In this document: piece after piece, positions 17,858 to 26,397 of the stretch
How positions within the stretch are numbered: the first letter of the stretch is position 1
How the letters are laid out: each line of letters begins with the position of its first letter
Virus record (IMG/VR): IMGVR_UViG_3300038675_000500
Coordinates: 1-30,803 of that record
Origin: a virus
Lineage: Duplodnaviria; Caudoviricetes
Strand: one strand, 5' to 3'
Length of the DNA: 30,803 nt
Made by a program: the position numbers and the translations under genes
The notes under the pieces: model-generated
Seen by the model: only the letters and a program-made list of their open reading frames with translations
Told to the model about the DNA's origin: nothing
Databases searched by the model: none

Positions 17858-18853
17858 TCATTTTAAATATCTCTCTATCGTGTTAACAATATTAGTAGAT
17901 GCCATTCCATTGCCATGAATCTGAATAAATCTGTTTTTTATCGGATGAAATAAGGGGCCCTTGACAACATCATCATAGGTTGTGGCCTTAACACCGATCC
18001 ATTCACTAAATCCCCGAAGGATCTTTGCAGGCTTACCCATCCAATAGGATTCCCGGATTAATCCACCACTATCGGTATAAACCCCTTTGCAATGGTCCAG
18101 TAACCATAACATTTCCAGGTATGATACTGGTTGGATGTACTGTATATTATCGTATTGTGGCAAGTCAAAATTATTCTTTATCCTAGGGTGCAATGGCCAA
18201 ACAGATGGGGTTTTGAGACTATTGATCCCATCGAGGATATCCAAGAGAAATTGTTCTGTCAGATTAGCCCGGTGCATGGTAAGAAGGTTGAATCGTTTTG
18301 GTAGATTAACCTCTGGCTTTCTTCTTTTTGGAAAAAACATCATCAAAGCATCAAGCATCAGATCACATCCCATGATAGCCAATTGATTTGGGGCAACATA
18401 TCCCTGCCTGGCATCTGGAACAAACAGGAAAGTCGAATAAGAATCAACCATGATCCTGTTTTCTTCTTCTGGCTGACTATAGTCTCCACTTCTGACCAGA
18501 GCTTCGATATGAGCTACCGGAATATTTGAGATAAGCCCAGCCTTTACCCCAATAACAGACGAATCAGTATCGCCAAATACAACTATTAATTTTGTTTTAG
18601 GGTCCAGCTGTGATTGGATCTTCCCGGGTAATTCTTCAAATCTTTTGATGCGAGATGATAAAGGGTTAAAGGGTATCCTAGTAACACTTTTAATGTCGAT
18701 CCCAAAATCTTTGTAGAAGGCTCCCTGTAAGGTATAATCATAATGCTGGCAAGTATCAATCAGCTGAAATGGGATAGCTCTATTATTGAGTTCCTTGATT
18801 AATGGAGCCAGCTTAACTATCTGTGGTCTTGTCCCAAAGATTATCGTAATCAT
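17858..18853 (-). CDS. wecB: Non-hydrolysing UDP-N-acetylhexosamine 2-epimerase (WecB/WbpI family)
   Basis: GTRPQIVK, TCQHYD, FGDT, VAHIEA.VRS, PEEENR, LTMHRAN, PLHPR, YLEML, TDSGG, R..SEW. Confidence 0.9.
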   Translation of the reverse strand: MITIIFGTRPQIVKLAPLIKELNNRAIPFQLIDTCQHYDYTLQGAFYKDFGIDIKSVTRIPFNPLSSRIKRFEELPGKIQSQLDPKTKLIVVFGDTDSSVIGVKAGLISNIPVAHIEALVRSGDYSQPEEENRIMVDSYSTFLFVPDARQGYVAPNQLAIMGCDLMLDALMMFFPKRRKPEVNLPKRFNLLTMHRANLTEQFLLDILDGINSLKTPSVWPLHPRIKNNFDLPQYDNIQYIQPVSYLEMLWLLDHCKGVYTDSGGLIRESYWMGKPAKILRGFSEWIGVKATTYDDVVKGPLFHPIKNRFIQIHGNGMASTNIVNTIERYLK

Positions 18854-19059
18854 AACATATCTTTTAGCTGGCTTATCAACTCCTTACATGACAATTCACC
18901 AACTCCCTGCTGGCCTTCCCATCTCCCCTGAAGGTAGATGATCGTGGCTAATCCCTCAAATTCAGGGTGATCAATTAGTTCTCTCCTGCTCTGCATTCTG
19001 GATGCAATCGGCACTTTCAGGAATCTGATTCCCTGGTGCCACTTCTTTACTTTCTTCAT
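18850..19059 (-). CDS. Hypothetical protein, 69 aa
   Basis: Stop overlaps the epimerase start (ATGA). The 5' end overlaps the neighbouring ORF by 89 bp, so the start is uncertain. Confidence 0.55.
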   Translation of the reverse strand: MKKVKKWHQGIRFLKVPIASRMQSRRELIDHPEFEGLATIIYLQGRWEGQQGVGELSCKELISQLKDML

Positions 19060-19414
19060 ATTTTGCTACCCAATTTGTAATTTTATCGACAACATATTCC
19101 AATAGATAGGTATAAGCCTCAACTGATTCTAGAGATAAAGACATACCACATTCTTCTAATATGAAATGAACAGCATGGAAAGATTCATGTGCTACTGTTC
19201 CCGGGGTTAAAGTATTAAAGTGAATTAAGACAAGGCCATACCCATTTCCAAATATTGTTGCTCGCCCGGTACAATTGGAAGCATGGTTGCCAAATATCAG
19301 CTCATCCGGTAGAAACTTTTTTAGTGTTTTGGCAAGAGCGTCTTCATCTTGCCTAGACACAAGAATTAGATAGGGATATATCTCAAGCTTAATAAAGAAA
19401 TAATCTTTATGCAT
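18971..19414 (-). CDS. Small HExxH metallopeptidase-like phage protein
   Basis: TVAHESFHAV plus downstream EAYTYLLEY. GGAGGTG ribosome-binding site lies just upstream of the ATG. Confidence 0.75.
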   Translation of the reverse strand: MHKDYFFIKLEIYPYLILVSRQDEDALAKTLKKFLPDELIFGNHASNCTGRATIFGNGYGLVLIHFNTLTPGTVAHESFHAVHFILEECGMSLSLESVEAYTYLLEYVVDKITNWVAKYEESKEVAPGNQIPESADCIQNAEQERTN

Positions 19415-19559
19415 CTTTCACCTCCATCCTGATTTTATATTTCCCACCTCTTTTAAAATCGCTACCGGATAACTTGATACGGTCACCAAATAGGCTCCTG
19501 AAGTATGAATACCCGCCCCTTCGATAGTGACAAATGAATATTATTTCAATGATTTTCAT
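19407..19559 (-). CDS. Small basic hypothetical protein, 50 aa (not in the ORF track)
   Basis: Translated by hand: MKIIEIIFICHYRRGGYSYFRSLFGDRIKLSGSDFKRGGKYKIRMEVKDA*. The stop overlaps the next start. Confidence 0.6.
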   Translation of the reverse strand: MKIIEIIFICHYRRGGYSYFRSLFGDRIKLSGSDFKRGGKYKIRMEVKDA

Positions 19560-19600
19560 GTTAATATTTTACCTTTTGTTAATAATCAGTCTTCTGGCAT

Positions 19601-19632
19601 ATTGATTCGTTAGCATAATAATATTACCTTTG
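19601..19632 (+). promoter_or_regulatory. Bacteroidota-type primary sigma promoter (-33/-7)
   Basis: ATTG (19601-04), 20-nt spacer, TACCTTTG (19625-32). Matches the TTTG-N19-21-TAnnTTTG consensus with one mismatch. Confidence 0.55.
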
Positions 19633-19635
19633 AAA

Positions 19636-19712
19636 GTGTTTCCATTGTCTTTGTTTTTGTCTTTGATTGGTAGTTAGAGCTTGGTTCATTGTAGCCAAGC
19701 TCTATTTTTTTT
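19636..19712 (+). ncRNA. Candidate ~75-nt small RNA
   Basis: Bounded by the promoter above and a + strand terminator. It has a U-rich single-stranded 5' half and no + strand ORF. Confidence 0.45.
19675..19712 (+). terminator. Rho-independent terminator oriented on the + strand
   Basis: TAGAGCTTGGTT-cattgt-AGCCAAGCTCTA followed by T8. Confidence 0.75.
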
Positions 19713-19887
19713 AACTACTTAATTCATTAGGATCCCCGATCGGTTTTTTGGGATCAATAACCTCATTTATCTGCACACGCTTTCCGCATTTCAGGCAAGT
19801 ATAAAAAGTAGCCTTTATGTTGAGTTTTGGTTTTGAAATCTCATCGACCTTTAGGAGCTTACCCTGAAGACAAAGTGGACATCTCAT
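19711..19887 (-). CDS. Small zinc-ribbon protein, 58 aa (not in the ORF track)
   Basis: Translated by hand: MRCPLCLQGKLLKVDEISKPKLNIKATFYTCLKCGKRVQINEVIDPKKPIGDPNELSS*. Two CxxC pairs, and the ATG overlaps the upstream TGA. Confidence 0.75.
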   Translation of the reverse strand: MRCPLCLQGKLLKVDEISKPKLNIKATFYTCLKCGKRVQINEVIDPKKPIGDPNELSS

Positions 19888-20612
19888 TTTAGTAGATTTT
19901 TAATATATCGCCGTAGATGTTCATTCAGCCCGGCATTATCATAATTTAGAAATAATTTCCCGTTGACATTACGTTGTATCCATAATGGCTCGTGAGGTTC
20001 ATACACTCCAGCTTTTATTGTCTGGCTTGTTACGAGGGCTTCGTATGGGGCCAAGTTTAGAGTGTTATAATATAGAGACGCAAATAGCATCGGATCGTTT
20101 TTAAGGTTGAATCGTTGTATAATACTTGACACATTGGTTTTATTATACCATCTTGGAAGATGTGTCTCGTAATTCCAGGTTGGGAGTCCCTCTTTTTGCA
20201 GAGTGATCATGGTTCGTAACCATAAATTTATCCAGGTCTTAGATGGCCGTGTCCGTGGGCTAAAATATGTGCCAGGTTTTGGTACATAATCAATAGCTCT
20301 TGTTACCTTGAGATCTTCTTCGGTACATGGTTTAAGTAAGACAATATCATCATACATATATACAAAGTCTTCGTTGATCTGCTTATTATCTGCGATTAAC
20401 TGGAGCTTTGCAATAGAGTCTTGAGCCTTGGGGTTTCTCCCCCCGTGTACCCGTGCAACTGGAATATGGCTAACTCCTGGAATTCCAGGTCGATCCCCGA
20501 CTACAAATATTTTATGTTCTCCCTGAAAGAATTTCCGGATACTCATGATGGAATACATCAATTCATCCCACATTACACCCTGCTTAATGTACACATATAC
20601 AAAGTGAGTCAT
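19884..20612 (-). CDS. Stealth-like hexose-1-phosphate transferase / GT-A-fold protein, minimal form
   Basis: HFVYVY (CR1-like), DELMYSIMSIRKFF..HKIFVVGD and EDFVYMYDD (CR2-like), YETHLP (CR3-like), FLNYDN (CR4-like). Confidence 0.65.
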   Translation of the reverse strand: MTHFVYVYIKQGVMWDELMYSIMSIRKFFQGEHKIFVVGDRPGIPGVSHIPVARVHGGRNPKAQDSIAKLQLIADNKQINEDFVYMYDDIVLLKPCTEEDLKVTRAIDYVPKPGTYFSPRTRPSKTWINLWLRTMITLQKEGLPTWNYETHLPRWYNKTNVSSIIQRFNLKNDPMLFASLYYNTLNLAPYEALVTSQTIKAGVYEPHEPLWIQRNVNGKLFLNYDNAGLNEHLRRYIKNLLK

Positions 20613-21367
20613 CGGCTAATTGTTTTAATCCACTCAGCTACCCCATTTCTCCAAGCTATACAGGCAGGACTATCAAACCCCCTTTTATGTGATCCAGAAA
20701 AATGTGTTACAAATAGCTTATCGTTTAATAGGTAGTTGAATATCAAATGATACATATTGTTGTTGTCTTGGTAATAAGGCAGTAGTTTATACTTCAATCC
20801 ATGTTTATAGATCTGCCGTGGGACGTTCCACCCAGTATCCTGAACAATCCTTGCTCCAACTGGAAGTTGATAAATGACAGATTCTTCTTTCGTCTTGACC
20901 GTTGTCCAAGCCACCGATACAGTTGTTTTGTTTCCTGGCATGAAGTCAGGCCTAATTGTTCGGAATGATTTAGCGGTGAACCAAGTAAAATACACAGAGA
21001 AAACATGACAAAACTTAGGAGTAGATATGATATCAACATCACGAAAAAATCTGATCATGAGTTCATCCCAGTCCTTTTGCAGGATAGCGATATCACAATC
21101 TGCAATTACCACAAAGTCTGAGTCTTCTGGAATGTGATTAATGATATCATTCAATGCAGCAGCATGAGAGGCACTCGGTGGAGCCTGATGCCTTACATTT
21201 CCAAGATGTACCCATCCATCAGCAGGTAAGCTATTTAGCACTTCATTTCCTATTGACCAGTACCGGATGGTGTTTTTATTACTCTTAAGAGACTCTAGAT
21301 TGTCTTTTAAATGGGTGGCATAAGGCCCAGAGTTAAAGGTTAGGCAGGTAAAAATGTCAATATTCAT
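20609..21367 (-). CDS. Putative GT-A-fold glycosyltransferase
   Basis: SHAAALN...DFVVIADCDI (DxD motif), QDTGW and C-terminal THF. Confidence 0.7.
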   Translation of the reverse strand: MNIDIFTCLTFNSGPYATHLKDNLESLKSNKNTIRYWSIGNEVLNSLPADGWVHLGNVRHQAPPSASHAAALNDIINHIPEDSDFVVIADCDIAILQKDWDELMIRFFRDVDIISTPKFCHVFSVYFTWFTAKSFRTIRPDFMPGNKTTVSVAWTTVKTKEESVIYQLPVGARIVQDTGWNVPRQIYKHGLKYKLLPYYQDNNNMYHLIFNYLLNDKLFVTHFSGSHKRGFDSPACIAWRNGVAEWIKTISR

Positions 21368-22863
21368 AAGATTCGTTTTTTGTGGAATAGTAACATCTGA
21401 TTCATTAAAAGAGTATTTCGATCTTTTTTCTCCCCATCACCTTCTCTTACAATATGTGATGAGGTGGGTTGCTGCCGATAAAGCCATTCGATAACAGGGT
21501 TGTAACAAAACACATTTCCAAACCTTTCGTATGCCCGGAGCCATAGATCCCAATAGGAATGATTGCCCCAATGAAGATCGAAAGGCTTGAGTCGATCCAG
21601 GATAGACCTATGCATGGTTGCGCAATCATTTACAAAGTTCCTTTTTAGGTGTTTCTTGATATCATATTGGTGGAACAACCTTTTCTTCTTCGGGTTCAAA
21701 TTTTCATCCACTATCAGAAAATCAGAGTAGCAAACCAGTTTCTTATGTTTGAGACAGCACTTGACCTCATCAATCATTTTTGTTGGCATAGCGATATCAT
21801 TACCCGAAGCGTATGCAAACCAATCGCCAGTAATAAATTGTAGGGAATAGTTCAGCTGTTCGTATATTCCAGGTATTGGACTTGCGGAAAAAGTTAACCC
21901 AAAATCCTTTGCAATGCCTTCAGATACATCACCTTGGATGCTACTTATGATCAGTTGCATCTTGACATCCTTCTGGTTTAGGTAACTTTTAATCGCTTGA
22001 GTGAGTAAATCTGGATCTTCGTTCATTGTATTAATAATCACACTCACGCTAGGGATATCATGAACGACCTTAACTGGTTGTGCTATTGGTTTTGACCTTC
22101 TTTTAGTTGGTAACTCAAGCCAATTTGTTCCAATATCAACGTACTCTTTTGTCTGTTTAGCCACTTCCGGAAAGCTTTTACCAATACGATTCTTCTCAGT
22201 GAGGATTTTTTGGATCATATCCTTCTCGCTCAAAAAATGTATTGCATTAGGTGTGTTCCCATTCCAAATACAGCGTCTTCCCATCATACCCATCTCTACG
22301 ATGGTATTACTTAGTCCATCATGCGGAGTTGGTCTTACAGCGATAAAACATTGCTTATAAATCTCACGAACCTCCAGCCTAGAGTGCTTATGAAAGTTTG
22401 ATACCAGGACTTTATTTTCCGGGAAAGCCTCTTGAATAGCAGTAAGATATTCTGCTCCATAAAATACAGAAGATCCTGTTTTGGTTTCCGGGATATACAT
22501 ATAAATGCAGTCACCTAGGGGCTCTGGCGTAAAGATCCGGTAATCAATTGGAGTAATTGGAATTTCCCGGAATGGAATATTGAGCTGGCTGAGATCTTTT
22601 GCGATAAAATTAGAGATGGCAACATGATGAAAGTCTCTTCTTCGGAGTTCGTTTATCAGCCCTTGATTGACATTTTTAATGTCACCACCAGTCCAAATAA
22701 GGATTGCGGGTCCACGGTGCCTAAGCAGAACGTTGTAGTGGTTCTTGTAGATACCAAAAAACACTGCTGGTGCTTTTATGTCATGATATAACGAAAGATC
22801 CCATTTCTTTAGAAAATCTTTTTCAAAATTCTTGACACCTACAAAGGCTTGCTGTATTCGCAT
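21364..22863 (-). CDS. Bifunctional glycosyltransferase: compact GT4/GT-B-like N-terminus fused to a GT2/GT-A C-terminus
   Basis: N half: HVAISNFI...HDGLSNTIVEMGMMGRRCI (GT4-like acidic-x7-E). C half: SVIINTMNE...AIKSYLNQ...GDWFAYASGND...WDLWLR. ATG at 22863 is preferred over TTG at 22896. Confidence 0.8.
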   Translation of the reverse strand: MRIQQAFVGVKNFEKDFLKKWDLSLYHDIKAPAVFFGIYKNHYNVLLRHRGPAILIWTGGDIKNVNQGLINELRRRDFHHVAISNFIAKDLSQLNIPFREIPITPIDYRIFTPEPLGDCIYMYIPETKTGSSVFYGAEYLTAIQEAFPENKVLVSNFHKHSRLEVREIYKQCFIAVRPTPHDGLSNTIVEMGMMGRRCIWNGNTPNAIHFLSEKDMIQKILTEKNRIGKSFPEVAKQTKEYVDIGTNWLELPTKRRSKPIAQPVKVVHDIPSVSVIINTMNEDPDLLTQAIKSYLNQKDVKMQLIISSIQGDVSEGIAKDFGLTFSASPIPGIYEQLNYSLQFITGDWFAYASGNDIAMPTKMIDEVKCCLKHKKLVCYSDFLIVDENLNPKKKRLFHQYDIKKHLKRNFVNDCATMHRSILDRLKPFDLHWGNHSYWDLWLRAYERFGNVFCYNPVIEWLYRQQPTSSHIVREGDGEKKDRNTLLMNQMLLFHKKRIL

Positions 22864-23180
22864 CGTTGTTTTTCTTTGGTTCTTGTTTTTTTCCAATCGG
22901 CTGCAATCTCAGGATTGAATGTGGCTACATAAACACTTTTTTTATAAATATCCAGAATAGTAAATCCCGGTTTAAAGATCTGTTTACGTCTCATCCTCTC
23001 GATCTGATTAGTCGATAGGATCATAAACCCTTTCTGTCCTTCTATAATATATCTCGTTTTCCTGTCTGTCTTAGTCATTTGATTAGCAACCTCGATAGCG
23101 TGTTTTAGCCTTCGATCCCTTCTTTTTGCCTGGGCCAACTCACGTTTACCTCGTAGCCATTCACGTAAAATCTGATACAT
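22839..23180 (-). CDS. Basic hypothetical phage protein, 113 aa
   Basis: Fills the gap in the operon on the same strand and is K/R-rich. No motif recognised. Confidence 0.7.
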   Translation of the reverse strand: MYQILREWLRGKRELAQAKRRDRRLKHAIEVANQMTKTDRKTRYIIEGQKGFMILSTNQIERMRRKQIFKPGFTILDIYKKSVYVATFNPEIAADWKKTRTKEKQRCEYSKPL

Positions 23181-23200
23181 TACATTCGCTTTAGATAGTT

Positions 23201-23977
23201 CTATTTCTTTTCATCCAGTTTGTCCATGATCTTAAATACGGTACTCATTACATTATAGGCACACTTTACTCCATTGAATTCAATCGGGTATTCGTGTTTG
23301 ATATACCCGATAAACATTCTAAGTTCCTGATCTAACAAGTCTGGTCGTGCCCAGTTATCGGGTGTTATACGGACTAGTTCTCCTTTATTAGTAATAAAGG
23401 TAGTATGGCGCAGTCTGACATTTGAGATGCTGACTGCATATAACTCGATTACCTTCCCATTTCTGGATTCGAGTGAGGCCATAATTTCATGCTTATTCCC
23501 TTCAGCCCAAATGCATTCAAATGATTCCTCGCCTGTAACATAGTGAGCCAATGCAACATCATGTACCATCAATGAAAATAACGATCCTTCGCTTCTTGGG
23601 ATAGCCCCATTCCTCATGGATGTCATATATTGGCATTGACCCTTAATTGCGCCAACTTCAGGCAGAAAAAGCAATTGGTGTCCAGCCATTAAATGGGGCC
23701 GATTAAATCGTTTTCGAAGCTCTTCAAGTTGTGTCCTTTTTAGTAGGATCGGCTTCTCGACAAATACCGGAATGCTCATGTCTAAACACATTTGAGCGAT
23801 AGGCCAATGGTTTTCACTGGTAGTGGTTATAATAACAGCATCGGTATTAATACTTTGCTCCAGGATCTTCCACCATTGGGATTCAATATCCCATTGAGTA
23901 ACATGGTGCCCTAGATTTGTCAGTATCCGATAATGGTTGGCACCCCACCTGCCGGCTCCGAATTGTATGATATTCAT
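23201..23977 (-). CDS. Gfo/Idh/MocA NAD(P)-dependent oxidoreductase (WbpB-like candidate)
   Basis: GAGRWG Rossmann motif, ENH, FVEKP, MAGH, MVHDV. Confidence 0.85.
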   Translation of the reverse strand: MNIIQFGAGRWGANHYRILTNLGHHVTQWDIESQWWKILEQSINTDAVIITTTSENHWPIAQMCLDMSIPVFVEKPILLKRTQLEELRKRFNRPHLMAGHQLLFLPEVGAIKGQCQYMTSMRNGAIPRSEGSLFSLMVHDVALAHYVTGEESFECIWAEGNKHEIMASLESRNGKVIELYAVSISNVRLRHTTFITNKGELVRITPDNWARPDLLDQELRMFIGYIKHEYPIEFNGVKCAYNVMSTVFKIMDKLDEKK

Positions 23978-23986
23978 CTTTTTTTA

Positions 23987-25984
23987 TTATAGCATGGCCT
24001 CCGTCCGCCTACGCTTAGGAGGTTTTGGTTTTGATTCAATTATTATTGGTACATCCATAGCACTCTCGCTGATCCATACACCTATTGCGGTTGGAACCAA
24101 AAGGTCGTCATGTGTACCATCTACCCCGCCCATTGTCCCATCTTGCTTAAATTCGTACTGATCTGCTTCATCTACTATCCTTTTATCGGTGATGATGATC
24201 TGATCATCTCTCATGGCTGCATTCAGGGCATTAATTACCATTGGTTTAGTCGCTGAGTTAGTATGGAACCCGTACATGATAGGTGCTCCTTGGCGTATCT
24301 TTGCTGGATCGGTTCGTGCATAGATATTAGGATAATAATCCACGATCTCATCGAGCACCGTGAGGAAATGATCCCCCTCACTCGATAACTGTTCCTTCCT
24401 AAGAGAGTTGCTTTCCACAACTAGTAACCCCTTGTTATACCAATAGGCCAATTGTGCTCCAGCCCAGGCAAATAGGTCTTGGTCCATGTGGCATTTTAAT
24501 ACAGCCACTGTTACCGGGCATCCACCATACATAAGCCAGTAACGGTCTAGGACGATAGCCGTGGAATAGTCTGCAGTATCTGATTTCCCCCCAATATCTA
24601 AAATCACAACATAGCGGTTTTTTACTGGTTCGCTTTTATCTGGTGGCGCCCATATCCATAGATCGCCATTAGGGGTCTCGTTAAAATCAAGTTGCTCAAA
24701 AGCCTCTTTAAATTTTTGCCCTTGTGCAAATAACTGCCCACGGAATAAAGGAGGCGAACAGTTCCTACTGGCTTTAGTAATATATAGTGGCGAGAAAACA
24801 CGTCTGCCTGTAGAAGAAAAGCTCTCTTCGGCATCTGACGGGAACTGTCTCCACATCTGAAGGTCAGACAGGTTCTCTGCTGATTTCGTAAAGAGGTACC
24901 AGTTTATTCCTTCTAGTGTTGCTCCCCTTTCCCATAAACTCATCAGGTATTCATGATTGGGATGATTCTTAATGAGATCGATAAACTTTTGATGATCACT
25001 AATCGGTCTTTGATATATCTCGATCTCCCACCAAGCCACAAATACAGGATCATACCTAGATGTCCCTTTTACGGCTGCTTGCCATTCATTATGAAACAAA
25101 TTCCCACGTCCATTAGCCGTACTTTCAAGGACAATCATTGAATAAGGAACATCCGGAACAGTTGGCCGGATAGCCTGCATGAGTTCTTGAGCGCTTTTTT
25201 TAGTTGTTTCACTCCATCTTCCAACCTCAGAGAGGTGGCACATGGCATAGGAATACGAATGGAACTGATCCGGATTTTCTACTGACCCAACCCCCATGAT
25301 ACAGCCCCTCTCTTTACATATCATGTTCTTGGCAGACCGCTCATAAGGGGATAGGGTGATAGATCCCAGTTTTGACGGATAATATTTAGCAGCACGGCTA
25401 TACATCCCTCGGATATGTTTGGCAGCATCGTCTAGGTGGGCAATAACCGCCAGATGCCAGTTGGTCTTATGCCTTTGCTGGATCCACATCATATAGATCT
25501 CGGTCAGTGTAGATCCTCCCCATTGTCTTGCTTTAGCAACAATAGTCCTGATAGGAATGTTAGCTAACCTCTGCTTCTCAAAGCTCATAAGCAGTTTTCG
25601 CTGCGCCCTTCGTAACTTAAATGGAATGATTCGGTAGGTCTTCTTGTCCTCAATCTTGATATTCCTAAAGGCCCAGAATTCAAAGTCATGGTTATACCGA
25701 TCTTCCTCTAAATTTTTCAGATAGTAAGCCCCATCATACCACCGCTCTTTTTTCCCTTGCCGGATCAGATCAGCAAAATACATCGCAACAGTTTCATATC
25801 CTTCAACCAGCTGTACCCATAATGTATCCTTCATTGATATAGGGAGAAAAATTGTCTTGGTGTTATCCAGCCGAAGCGGAAATCTCTTAATTGGTGACCC
25901 TAGTCCTATTTCCGGGTCATATTCGGCATATAACTCGTTAATTCGCCGATCATTCTCCGCTATCATTTCTGGAATTGTGATCAT
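23987..25984 (-). CDS. terL: Terminase large subunit
   Basis: ATPase motifs KARQWGGST, CHLSEVG (Walker B) and ESTANG. RNase H-like nuclease motifs LDIGG..DYS, VVESN and HDDL. Confidence 0.92.
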   Translation of the reverse strand: MITIPEMIAENDRRINELYAEYDPEIGLGSPIKRFPLRLDNTKTIFLPISMKDTLWVQLVEGYETVAMYFADLIRQGKKERWYDGAYYLKNLEEDRYNHDFEFWAFRNIKIEDKKTYRIIPFKLRRAQRKLLMSFEKQRLANIPIRTIVAKARQWGGSTLTEIYMMWIQQRHKTNWHLAVIAHLDDAAKHIRGMYSRAAKYYPSKLGSITLSPYERSAKNMICKERGCIMGVGSVENPDQFHSYSYAMCHLSEVGRWSETTKKSAQELMQAIRPTVPDVPYSMIVLESTANGRGNLFHNEWQAAVKGTSRYDPVFVAWWEIEIYQRPISDHQKFIDLIKNHPNHEYLMSLWERGATLEGINWYLFTKSAENLSDLQMWRQFPSDAEESFSSTGRRVFSPLYITKASRNCSPPLFRGQLFAQGQKFKEAFEQLDFNETPNGDLWIWAPPDKSEPVKNRYVVILDIGGKSDTADYSTAIVLDRYWLMYGGCPVTVAVLKCHMDQDLFAWAGAQLAYWYNKGLLVVESNSLRKEQLSSEGDHFLTVLDEIVDYYPNIYARTDPAKIRQGAPIMYGFHTNSATKPMVINALNAAMRDDQIIITDKRIVDEADQYEFKQDGTMGGVDGTHDDLLVPTAIGVWISESAMDVPIIIESKPKPPKRRRTEAML

Positions 25985-26259
25985 GGAATGCTTAGGATAA
26001 AACGTATCTCCTCATCCATGATATCACTACTTCTATCTCTGCGTATTCCTTTCTCTTGGAGTGTGAGTTGGATAATTCGCCCTACATAGACTGGGTTATA
26101 GCCCATTTCATCTCCTATCTTATTGTAAAAGTAGGACTTAGATAAGGCTTTTGTAATCTCCGGATTCTCACGGTGAAGCTCTTTAATCAATTCCGTATAA
26201 CGCTGAAACATGATCTCTTGCCGAGTGCGTGCCGTGTCCTGTTTGCTGAGTCGCTTCAT
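25981..26259 (-). CDS. Small helical/HTH-like protein upstream of TerL (possible small terminase or regulator)
   Basis: ATGA overlap with terL. FYNKIGDEMGYNPVYVGRII looks like a helix-turn-helix. Function is inferred from position only. Confidence 0.6.
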   Translation of the reverse strand: MKRLSKQDTARTRQEIMFQRYTELIKELHRENPEITKALSKSYFYNKIGDEMGYNPVYVGRIIQLTLQEKGIRRDRSSDIMDEEIRFILSIP

Positions 26260-26397
26260 GTCACAAATATTTATTCATAAAAATAATATTCCAATACTCT
26301 AAATCCAAATTTTAATAGACCACATATTACATATTAACAGTTCATTATATATGTTTATCTCACGTATTACTTGAACTTAAGAGCAAGGAGGTTATTT
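26260..26397. promoter_or_regulatory. AT-rich divergent promoter region between the terminase operon and the head operon
   Basis: Non-coding, very AT-rich, between divergent genes. The - strand has TTG-N20-AATATTTG just before the ATG at 26259. The + strand has AAGGAGGT at 26385-26392. Confidence 0.6.

Noticed and set aside
19730-19755. GATCCC...GGGATC inverted repeat
   Set aside because: It is a short 6-bp stem inside the zinc-ribbon ORF and is compatible with chance.
17858-23977. Host O-antigen/capsule locus or Gtr-type serotype conversion cassette
   Set aside because: No flippase, polymerase, initiating transferase or membrane protein is present, and the genes are coupled to terL. An indirect effect on host glycans is not excluded.
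23987-25984. Intein or intron in the long terminase
   Set aside because: No intein splice-junction or LAGLIDADG motifs are seen. The extra length is an N-terminal extension and small inserts.
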